DNA of 15,442 nucleotides from Octopus sinensis (taxonomy: Eukaryota): positions 1 to 15,442 of the forward strand of contig NW_021825483.1 of NCBI RefSeq assembly GCF_006345805.1, given 5' to 3'. Below the pieces are notes generated by a model that was given only the letters and a program-made list of their open reading frames with translations, had not been told where the DNA came from and did not search any database. Positions within the stretch are counted from its first letter, which is position 1, and each line of letters opens with the position of its first letter. Position numbers and translations under genes: made by a program. Below are positions 1 to 9,370 of the stretch, piece after piece.

Positions 1-398
1 CCGATGGTGTTTTTAATCTGATTAATAATATTCCCTCGTATTATATCTGCGTTTAATTACACGGGTATACCAGTAATATATGCCGAGGTAACTAAACAAC
101 TGACTTTTGATCAGAAAGCCGTGCCTTGACTTTCTAACATGAGGCAGCATACAATAACACTCCCTCCTGCCTTGGGTCTCATACTTCTCATCAGGACTTT
201 GATTACGACCCATATGTTCAGTTGATATATTCCTACCATATATTCCAAAAATTCGAATATTTTAGACTAAAATTTACAGACAAACGAGGTAGGTCGCCTT
301 GCGCACAAAGACGACGTTGGAGAGTCAAAAATTCTGTGTAAAATTAATCAGATCTTGAAAAAGTAGTAACGATTCCTGAATATCTCCACTATATGAAA

Positions 399-426
399 GG
401 TCGACTTATATACCGGGAAACACGGT
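399..426. mobile_element. Possible terminal inverted repeat remnant of a pogo/Tc1-mariner-superfamily DNA transposon
   Basis: GGTCGACTTATATACCGGGAAACACGGT resembles the ...CGACTTATA..CCGG.AAAATACGGTA end of pogo/Tigger-like elements (recalled motif, not aligned). No partner TIR is visible in the window. Confidence 0.3.
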
Positions 427-1234
427 CCCTCCTTTTCCTATTAAATCAGTTAATCATTTAATATATTATTTTTTTATGCACTTTTATGACAACATTTGAT
501 TAAATTTCATTTTACTTTATTTCATAATTCGAGTATTATGTATTTAAAGATCCGGTGAAAACTTTTTCTATGTAAGACAATTAGTTTTGCGCCAAATTCA
601 TCTACCTCTGATTAGATATATTTTTATGGTTCCTTTTCAGTCTTCCTTTAAATGTAATCCCAGAATTTGCACCTTCGTTCCTCTGCTCAATAACTTTTTA
701 AAAATTTCTTCATATCTAATGCATTCCGTCAAAGGGAGGTGAGGGTGTTTTTTTTCTCATTATGTAGATGTACATGTTATTCATCCACCCTATTGAATAT
801 CTGCTCTCTCAAGAAACCGTTACAAACGAGCTTAAATGAAATAAATTCTAATTCCATCCTTGAAATGTTTCCAAGCAGTTACTTATATGCGGCTTTGAAA
901 AGGGATATAATATCATTATTCTAGATTCTGGTTTCAAATGCCAGCGTTTCCGTCTGAGAATCATGACCTCAGATTAATAACATAAGAATGCTTTACTGAC
1001 ATACAGTTGTCACTTTACACCCCAAAGGAAGATTTCTCTTCCTCCTAATGCGAAAATTATCTTTGATTCTGCGAGAGTGCAGCAAATACAAGGCATCCTT
1101 GATTGAGCAAACCTAATATTAGAAACAATTTCAGCACTGGTTGTCCTCTCCGTTTGTAGGAGGTAAAAAAAAACGAATACAGGAATTAACTGTATATAAT
1201 CTGTCCTTAAGAGAGTAAGTAGTCGTGTCGAATA

Positions 1235-1271
1235 TGTGTGTGTGTGTGTGTGTGTGTATGTGTGTGTGTGT

Positions 1272-1329
<58 letters not shown>
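1235..1329. repeat. (TG)n microsatellite
   Basis: About 95 nt of near-pure TG with two TA interruptions. Confidence 0.98.
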
Positions 1330-1332
<3 letters not shown>

Positions 1333-1484
1333 GTTGCGACTAGCCCGTTTTCTTACTTGTGCGAATGCACATATTCCAGAAGTTCGAAATAAGGAGAATA
1401 TCGGCATCAAACACGAATAGGTATATGTATGAGCGCACAAACACAAACTCTGAGCCTATGTGTATCTGTGTGTGTTTAATGAAC

Positions 1485-1526
1485 AGAGAAAGAGAGAGAG
1501 AGGGGGAGGGAGGGAGGGAGAAAGAG
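1485..1526. repeat. (GA)n/(GGGA)n purine tract
   Basis: agagaaagagagagagagggggagggagggagggagaaagag. Confidence 0.85.
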
Positions 1527-1692
1527 CATTCACCAAGATGAGGAGTAGACAGACAGACGACAACAGACGAAGGGTCGTTTCTCTGTGATTACTTGTCTTG
1601 TTTTCCATTTTCTCTCTCATTGTTTGCGTATTTAACTCGTTTGTTTACGTATTTGATGTTGTTTACACAGTTGGTGACGTTCTGTACCCATG

Positions 1693-1713
1693 TATGCATA
1701 TATATGTATTATA

Positions 1714-1744
<31 letters not shown>

Positions 1745-1809
1745 TGTAATTTATATATGCTATCTATATTATTACACACACACACACACACACATATAAT
1801 ATATATATA

Positions 1810-1858
<49 letters not shown>

Positions 1859-1963
1859 TACATATATACATATATATATGTGTGTGTAATTTTATATATA
1901 TATTATCTATATTATTACACACACATATATATATATACATATATATACATATATACATATATA

Positions 1964-2014
<51 letters not shown>

Positions 2015-2030
2015 GATATATATATGCATA
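1693..2030. repeat. Compound (TA)n/(CA)n/(TATACA)n microsatellite with an internally duplicated unit
   Basis: Alternating TA and CA tracts. The non-simple linker tgtaattt..tatctatattattacacaca occurs twice (~1745 and ~1885). Confidence 0.95.
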
Positions 2031-2280
2031 TAGTAGCGTGTATTATAATTTATATGCATATACTGGAAGTATTATGTAAACGAAGACCGAAACTCAAATA
2101 CATTTACTGTAAAATAAAAATTAGCATTATAGAGTAAATACACATGGTAGAATAGCATAAACACAGTTTAAATATAAGATTTTGTATAGAAAGATACATA
2201 TATGCATATATACTGACATTTCAGCAAATATTGTCTGGCATATACACACACATCCATACACACAGCGGATAACTAAATAA

Positions 2281-2305
2281 GTCTGTGTTTGTGTGTCTGT
2301 GTGTG

Positions 2306-2335
<30 letters not shown>
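2281..2335. repeat. (TG)n microsatellite
   Basis: Interrupted TG tract. Confidence 0.95.
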
Positions 2336-2336
<1 letters not shown>

Positions 2337-2439
2337 CGTCTTATCCATAAGGATAGGTAAGAAGATAACGAAGTCCTCTTTCCTAAATTGCATTTTAAAA
2401 TTATTTCCAAAAAGCACTTATCTTCAGCCTGTGTCTGTC

Positions 2440-2515
2440 TGGTGAAGTCGTTCACTTGCAACCATGGGTTCTTGAATTCGATCCACTGAACGGAAACATT
2501 GGTAAACCATTTCGA
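2440..2515 (+). mobile_element. Highly degenerate tRNA-derived SINE head (family A-like)
   Basis: aaccatgggttcttgaattcgatccactg aligns loosely to aaccacatggttccgggttcagtcccactg, the B-box region of the intact copies. Confidence 0.3.
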
Positions 2516-2815
2516 TAGAAATTAATCGATTAGAACGCTTTGGATAGAATTGTGAAGTTGCAAGCTATGTGTTTATGTTTTTATGTATACTCCGCTAAAA
2601 TAACTAGTGTATTCTTTTGCACCCTTAACTTAACGGTTAGACAAATAGAAACTCATAAAATGAATACCTATATACATGATGTGATGGGGTCGAAATACTC
2701 GCTTAAGCGATTAAACACAAAGCTTTTACAGGCGATGCCCCAGCTTGGCCGAAATTCTTTGACTGACAGCTAGTGAAATAATTGAATATTCAAGAAATAA
2801 GTAGTAGTTAAAACA

Positions 2816-2820
2816 GACAC

Positions 2821-2877
<57 letters not shown>

Positions 2878-2895
2878 TATACATATATATATATG
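2816..2895. repeat. (CA)n-(TA)n compound microsatellite
   Basis: Direct reading. Confidence 0.95.
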
Positions 2896-3035
2896 CAAGT
2901 ACACAAAAATATCTGCATGTGTTATATTATATTCCTAAAGTTTGCAGAAATTCCATCTCTTAAAATCGGAGAATATTGCAAATGTATTAGATTGAGCAGA
3001 CATTGATCCATCTCTGCACATACACGCATGCACAC

Positions 3036-3037
<2 letters not shown>

Positions 3038-3074
<37 letters not shown>

Positions 3075-3143
3075 TTATATAAGACAATATATACATGCAT
3101 AATCGAATATGATATTATATGATATATATATATATATATATAT
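3038..3143. repeat. (CA)n and (TA)n microsatellites
   Basis: CA tract ~3038-3070 and TA tract ~3121-3143. Confidence 0.9.
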
Positions 3144-4489
3144 GCACAGCCACATTCATATATCCACATTTATATACACCCACATACTTACAGACGGATT
3201 TTAAACACACACACACACACGCGCACGTATGTATGAGATGAGTAGGTTCGTATCTGTGTCTGGTCAGTTTCGAAAATTGCTATGCTCTACATTTATATAT
3301 ATATCTGTGAATGTGTGTACGAAAGAATGTGTGCGTCTGCGCACACGCATGCTAAGCAGAGTGATAGATATGTACTTACCTACGCCTACATTACGTCTCG
3401 ACTAAAATCATACAAATAAGCGAAAACTTAAAGCTTTTTGGGAAATTCAATAGAAGAAGAATTTGTGAAAATAAAATTTTAAAGAACACTAAAAGAAATT
3501 TCATGTTATACATTTACCAAAAATAAATAGCAAAATACAAACGCAAAAAGTAAAGGAAACAAATGGAAAGCGAAAGTTTTAGATACATAATAGATTTTCA
3601 GAGTTCCAACAAAGTCTACAGACATATTTGGATATATTCAAGTAACGCTAAATTGATAAAAGAAATATTCTGCGCTAAATAATAATTTATTCTTTCGAAC
3701 TGCAGAACAAAATACAAGGAATCTGAAAATGGTAACACGATATTAAGGAATATGTTAATGAGTGTTTCAATGCATTACAGTGAAAATTTCCATCCATGTT
3801 TTAAGTATTTTGGTTAAAGTAAATGTTAGTTAGACACAATGATATAAGCGCTGACAATGTTTCAAATACAGCGGTGAAATTATTCGCGGTCGTTAGTATT
3901 AGTTCGTCCGTCGCTGTCGACGATGTCCAAGGACATCCCATGGGAGAGGACGACGGAGTACGAATTGTCCAGCTGTGACCAATCATCCCGATGCGAGCTC
4001 GAATGTCTATGCCTGAGACTGGGTACTAGTGGTCTGTTCGGACTGAAGACTCTGGATTTGCGTAGTTCACGCTTCCTCCATCCGTGAGCAGACTCCTATC
4101 GCGCTGGATTAACATATTTACTGTTCCATTTCTCCCTAAATTGAACATTAAACCTGATCATTTCCTACTAAATTGGACATAGAGCTATGTATATTTTCGT
4201 GGATACCTATAAATCTCAGCGACAGTGTGAAGACTGGCTTCTTTTCCAGCATTTCGTTTCCCCTTCTTACCTCTAACCTCGTAAAGGCATGGTTGCACCT
4301 TCTCTTGTCACACCGGTATGCCAAGAAGACTTTTCTATCTTAGTTAACTCGTACTTAGGACTCGATTAATAAAGATGGCTCCAATTATAAAAAGGAAGGC
4401 TGGAAGCTCTTTGTTTCTCAATTACATTTCTCCATTCATTTCTTCAAATTGTGAAACTTGTATGTCTTTGTTCGTACCTCCGCGTCTCT

Positions 4490-4846
4490 TGTGAACGCGG
4501 TTTATGTTTGCATCCCAATCACATGATTTCAGGTTCAGTTCCACTTCACGGGCGAGTGTCTTCTACTATAGCCTCGAGTCAAGTATTGACGGGAGTAGAT
4601 TTGCGAGACGGAAACAGAAAAATACTCATTGTATATGTGTATGTGCGTGAGTGTGAGTATGTGTGTGCGTGTGTGTGCATGCATATTTGTGTTCGTGTGC
4701 TTGTCGCCCACCACTGCTTGACAACTGGTGTTCGTGTATTTAATCCTGTAACTTAGCAGTTCGGCAAAAGATACCGATACATTCAACTAAAACCTCTTTG
4801 AGGCTGTGCCACAGTATGGCCGCAGTTTAATGACTGAAACAAGATA
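4490..4846 (+). mobile_element. tRNA-derived SINE, family A, old diverged copy (a)
   Basis: Colinear with copies b and c: aatcacatgatttcaggttcagttccac / gtgtcttctactatagcctc / internal TG tract / cttgacaactggtgtt / ttagcagttcggcaaaagataccga / atggccgcagtttaatgactgaaacaag. It has an internal deletion at ~4780. Confidence 0.85.
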
Positions 4847-4854
4847 CATGCATC

Positions 4855-4859
<5 letters not shown>

Positions 4860-4900
<41 letters not shown>
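4860..4900. repeat. (TA)n microsatellite (left flank of SINE b)
   Basis: About 20 pure TA units. Confidence 0.98.
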
Positions 4901-4903
<3 letters not shown>

Positions 4904-5123
4904 TTTACTCTTTTACTTGTTTCAGTCATTTGACTGCGGCCATGCTGGAGCACCGCCTTTAGTCGACCAAATCGACCCCGGGACTTATTCTTTGTAAGCC
5001 CAGTACTTATTCTATCGGTCTCTTTTGCCGAACCGCTAAGTAACGGGGACGTAAACACACCAGTATCGGTTGTCAAGCAATGCTAAGGGGACAAACACAG
5101 ACACACAAACATATACACACACA

Positions 5124-5158
<35 letters not shown>

Positions 5159-5320
5159 GACAGGCTTCTTTCAGTTTCCGTCTACCAAATCCACTCACAA
5201 GGCATTGGTCGGCCCGGGGCTATAGCAGAAGACACTTGCCCAAGATGCCACGCAGTGGGACTGAACCCGGAACCATGTGGTTGGTTAGCAAGCTACTTAC
5301 CACACAGCCACTCCTGCGCC
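4901..5320 (-). mobile_element. tRNA-derived SINE, family A, full-length well-preserved copy (b)
   Basis: The minus strand starts GGCGCAGGAGTGGCTGTGTGG (A-box-like TGGCTGTGTGG) and has a B-box-like GGTTCAGTCCC, then (A)TCTTGGGCAAG. It has an internal (TA)n(TG)n tract and the tail GGCGGTGCTCCAGCATGGCCGCAGTCAAATGACTGAAACAAGTAAAAGAGTAAAAG. (TA)n flanks both sides. It matches Octopus-type tRNA-SINEs as I recall them; the exact family name is not verified. Confidence 0.95.
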
Positions 5321-5825
5321 TATATATATATATAATATAATATAATAAAATATCATATATACATACATTCATATATGTGTGTATATTTGGGGATGACTAA
5401 CTACTGTTTGAAATGTCACCAGAAAATTCTGCGAAATTTACCAAATTCTCTGGCATCTTAAAATATCAAATACAAGCGTGATTAAGTAGAGAGAATGCTT
5501 CCCAAAAATATCTAATGTCAAATGACACATAATTGTGTTTATATATTTTCTAAATCCTCGCCCTGTTGCCTTTAATGATATTTATCTTAGTGACGTGAAA
5601 AGTATAATTAGTTGTTTAAACATCATACCTTAATATATATTTAATTAAGTACAATTAAACATGACAGATTACGGTAACAAAGAAAACACACAGAAACAAG
5701 AGTAGGGATAATTAAATAAGGATACATTGACATAGTTTCATTGGAGAACGAAACGTTGGTGATATTTGGTTAATGTGAAATACTGACCACAATTAGTTAA
5801 AACTCGTCAGTTAAGAAACGAAGAT

Positions 5826-5905
5826 GTATGTGGTTAGTGAGCAGGTTTTTGTAGTCACAGGGTTCACGTTTAAAACCACTGGGCAGGATCTTAGACATGT
5901 TTCAC
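5826..5905 (+). mobile_element. Degenerate SINE head fragment
   Basis: tgtggttagtgagc...gtcacagggttcacgtttaaaaccactgggcaggatcttagacatgtttc is loosely colinear with the family A head. Confidence 0.3.
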
Positions 5906-6057
5906 ATACTGAAATATCAACTGAAGTAATACGTTATGTGTAGTTTCGTAGAGTGAAACTGCGCTGCATCCGGCTTAATACATGCCATGTATTCTCCAAG
6001 ACATTTCAGGATCACAATACATAAATACACTGTAACACAGTTTCTTTCTCTTAACAA

Positions 6058-6454
6058 GCCGGAGTGGCTGTGTGGTAAGTAGCTTGCTTACCAACCACAT
6101 GGTTCCGGGTTCATTTCCACTGGGTGGCACCTTGGGCAAGTGTCTTCTACTATAGCCTCAAGCCAACCAAAGCCTTCTGAGTGGATTTGGTAAACGAAAA
6201 CTGAAAAGAAGCCCGTGGTATATATGCATATATATGTGTGTGTGTGTATATGTTTGTGTGTCTGGGTTTGTCCTCCCAACATCGCTTGACATCCGATTCT
6301 GGTGTGTTTACGTCCCTGTAATTTAGCGGTTCGGCAAAAGAGACCGACAGAATAAGTACTATGCTTCCAAAGAATATGTACTGGGTTAGATTTGCTCGAC
6401 TAAAGGCGGTTCTCCAGCATGGCCGCAGTCAAATGACTGAAACAAGCAAAAGAG
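6058..6454 (+). mobile_element. tRNA-derived SINE, family A, full-length copy (c)
   Basis: GGAGTGGCTGTGTGGTAAGTAGCTTGCT...; the first 53 nt match the reverse complement of copy b at 52 positions. It has the same internal microsatellite and the same tail ending gactgaaacaagcaaaagag. Confidence 0.95.
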
Positions 6455-6785
6455 CTTTCTCCCAAGCATCTTAAAAAAAATAGTTGTCTGGGAACAAACA
6501 ATTGACTTCCTGCAGAAAAGTTTCGAGGAACAACGAAGGGAGATAACTCGTAACAAATGTCAGGTAGCTTACACTTGTTTCATACTCTACCGTAATATAA
6601 GGGAAACGTGCCTAAAATTTTATTAGATATTGTAACTTAGATAAGAAACGGTGGGATGGACATGGCAGGGTTGGTTCCGAAAATTCAGCTCAATTAGATT
6701 TCAACTCCGTGCTTAACAGCAGTCTTGTTGAATTTAGCATTTTGTGGGATGGGTGAAAATCTAATATATAATTGTGCTCTTTATA

Positions 6786-7068
6786 TCTTTCAACTTCTTT
6801 TTCAGTTATTGGACTGAGGCCATGCTGCAGCACCGATTCGAAGAATTTTAGCCACACAAATTAATCACAGGACTTATTTCTGTAAATGTGGTAGTTTTAA
6901 TATCCCACTTTCTGTTGACCCGCTATGTTACGGGGGCGTAAAGAAAACAACAACGGTTATCAAGTGGAGGTGAGGATATAGTAAATATGCTTGCCCAAGA
7001 TGCAGCTCAATGAGAGTGAACTTGAAATCATGTAGTTGAGAAGCAAACTTATCAAACAGCCCCTGCCC
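6786..7068 (-). mobile_element. tRNA-derived SINE, family A, old internally deleted copy (d)
   Basis: Tail ttcagttattggactgaggccatgctgcagcacc, then ggacttattt, cttgcccaagatgc and head ...aagcaaacttatcaaacagcccctgccc. The central microsatellite-containing segment is missing. Confidence 0.8.
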
Positions 7069-7739
7069 CATATTTCTTTCTTTGTCTTTTGTCCTGAAGC
7101 GTCCCTATGTTGTAGATCAACAGCTGAAAATAGCAACCAAATCTCCACCAACTTATATACTACCGCCATAAAATATAAATACACTTTATCTTAATACACA
7201 CCGACCGTACGCAATGACTGAAAAAAAAATAGGGTAATTCTAACGGAATTAACCTTAATAGCATACCTGCTCAATCATGCCAAACAACAGAATTATATCT
7301 TAGTCTCACATAATTGAACGAAACTGATTAGGATTCCAAATACCGAACTGCAAATTCGAAACTGGCAGCGCTCTCTATAACAATGGAATTAGTGGTAATT
7401 TTTTATAGTTATTTGGTGTTCAATATCAGAGACTAATGAGGGATATAGTTTGGTGTATGCCCTTTATTTACTGAATAGCTACAAGCTGTTACCCATAATT
7501 AGGGAATTAGTGGAAGGCTGATGATTATATGCTGTAGTTTACTCATTTGTGTCTGGAAATTAACTAAAATATATTGTTTCTTCCGAGCTTAAATCGGGTT
7601 AAATGAACCAGAGAATGCGTTGATGGCGACAGGTGAAAGCAATAACGTCAAGCGGAAGTGCGCCATGAGTTACATGGATCTCGTCTACCAAATCGAATAG
7701 CTTAACACACATTCCTTTTCAAACATCATTTGATAGGTA

Positions 7740-7862
7740 TGTGTTTATGTATGCATATACGCATGTATGTATGTATGTATGTATGTATGTATGTATGTAT
7801 GTATGTATGTATGTATGTATGTATGTATGTATGTATGTATGCATGTATGTATGTATGTATGT
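7740..7862. repeat. (TATG)n tetranucleotide microsatellite
   Basis: Long near-pure TATG array. Confidence 0.98.
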
Positions 7863-7952
7863 GTAGATACAAATGAATATAGTACTTAAGTTGAGGCACC
7901 AGAATTTAGTACGTTATTATCCATACAATTTCAAAATAAAGTGATTAAAATC

Positions 7953-8313
7953 AAAATAAGCAACAAGGATATCCAGAGGTAATGCTGTACGATCGTTTCA
8001 AGCAACTTCATTTAATTGAACAATGCAATCAATTCAACAATTTAAATGCACAGCAATCCTCAGCTGCATAAAGACATAAAATTTGAATTAAAACAGATAG
8101 ACACATTAGTATAACTTTACCTAAAATCTCCAAGAAGGTATTTCCTTACCTTCTTGGAGATTTTAGGTAAAATTCTACTAATGTGTCCTTATTTTTTAAT
8201 TTAATTAAATTCCGTCTTGATGCAGCTAAGTATTGCGCTGCATTGTTCAATTAAATGGAGTTGCTTGAAACGATCGTACTGCATTACCTCTGGATGTCCT
8301 TGTTGCTTATTTT
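7953..8313. repeat. Long imperfect palindrome (fold-back, MITE-like)
   Basis: Outer arms 7953-8027 and 8239-8313 are reverse complements at 72/75 nt. Inner arms 8116-8140 and 8147-8171 are perfect at 25/25. The loop is TTTCCT (8141-8146). Confidence 0.97.
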
Positions 8314-8337
8314 TATGCATGTATGTATGTATGTTTA

Positions 8338-8377
8338 TATAGATAGATAGATAGATAGATAGATATATAGATAGATA
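8338..8377. repeat. (GATA)n microsatellite
   Basis: atagatagatag... Confidence 0.95.
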
Positions 8378-8444
8378 TGTAAGGAAAATCGGTCAAAAGT
8401 CATAACAGAATACCAACGTTATGATTCTAAAATTCTAATGTATA

Positions 8445-8484
<40 letters not shown>

Positions 8485-8510
8485 TGTGTGTGTCTGTGTG
8501 CGTGCGTGTG
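8445..8510. repeat. (TG)n microsatellite
   Basis: Direct reading. Confidence 0.95.
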
Positions 8511-9370
8511 TAACACAAACACACTTTTATTGGAATTGAACTTCACAATCAAGGAGCTTTTACCTGTTACTCAAGCGTTTGTCAGACAGCTATAGTTATT
8601 CAAAAATGTCTGACTAACGGTTGCGGGAAACTGAATAACAATTGTAAAATTTTGTCAACCTCCATAAAAGCACATTTCACTCTACTTTTAATGTTTTCAT
8701 ATTCAAGCACGAGATTCTCCGTATTTTGCACCTATTTTCCCACATGTGTGTCTAAGTGTATATACTAAATACACTCATGGAGCATTAGTCGTCTCTGGGT
8801 TAAAGTAGAGGTCACGTTGCCGCTCACTTGGACTAAATCCAACACCACGGAATTGCAAATCGAGTTCTTAACCTCGTAGTAAAAGATATGACAGAAAATT
8901 AAATCACTGCTTCTGCATTTTTGGTAATGCTCTACCATTTCTATGAGGAGGTAAGACGTTTGAACTTAACGAAAATCGTGTGTTTGAAGCCAAGGATGAA
9001 AAGTGCAATTTCTCCGTGCTTATCTGCCCTTCTGCTCCCTACCTCTCCTCATTTTGCGCTGGAGATGAACAGCATCGTAGGACAGTTTTCTGGATGTCGT
9101 AAATGAATAAAATTAGCATTTTTTGTTGATTGTGCAACAGACCAAATCAGCAGGAGAGTAATGATTTCACGGTCATTTGTTTTTATCAGTAACGTCTTGC
9201 TACCTTGAATTCTGACCGTTTTAGCAGAAGGCTCAGCGAATGATAACGACACTTCGTCCATATTATCAGCTGACGCTAATTCATAATTTGCTTCAGAGAT
9301 TGAACACGTATTTAGGAAATTTCATAATGTTTCTTTATATTCTTCGGAGAAATTCTGTATAAGCTTTTTT

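Noticed and set aside
120-200. Minus-strand CTGATGAG ... GAAA as a hammerhead
   Set aside because: There is no G-C pair closing stem II (TTA precedes GAAA) and no stem I or III could be built.
1207-3169. ORFs rich in HT, CV and YI repeats (1207, 1238, 1593, 1663, 1757, 1882, 2127, 2273, 2987)
   Set aside because: These are translations of (CA)n, (TG)n and (TA)n microsatellites, which lack stop codons.
4451-6282. ORFs 4451, 4535, 4783, 4806, 5080 and 6088
   Set aside because: They lie within SINE copies; their mutual similarity reflects the repeat, not a protein family.
4901-6454. tRNA-like A/B boxes as tRNA genes
   Set aside because: No cloverleaf or acceptor stem is present; the boxes are SINE heads followed by SINE body and tail.
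7515-7560. CTGATGA ... GAAA on the plus strand
   Set aside because: No complementary stems flank the motif.
8941-8956. Strong donor-like GAG|GTAAGA
   Set aside because: The upstream candidate exon (from about 8880) has stops in all three frames, so there is no coding support.
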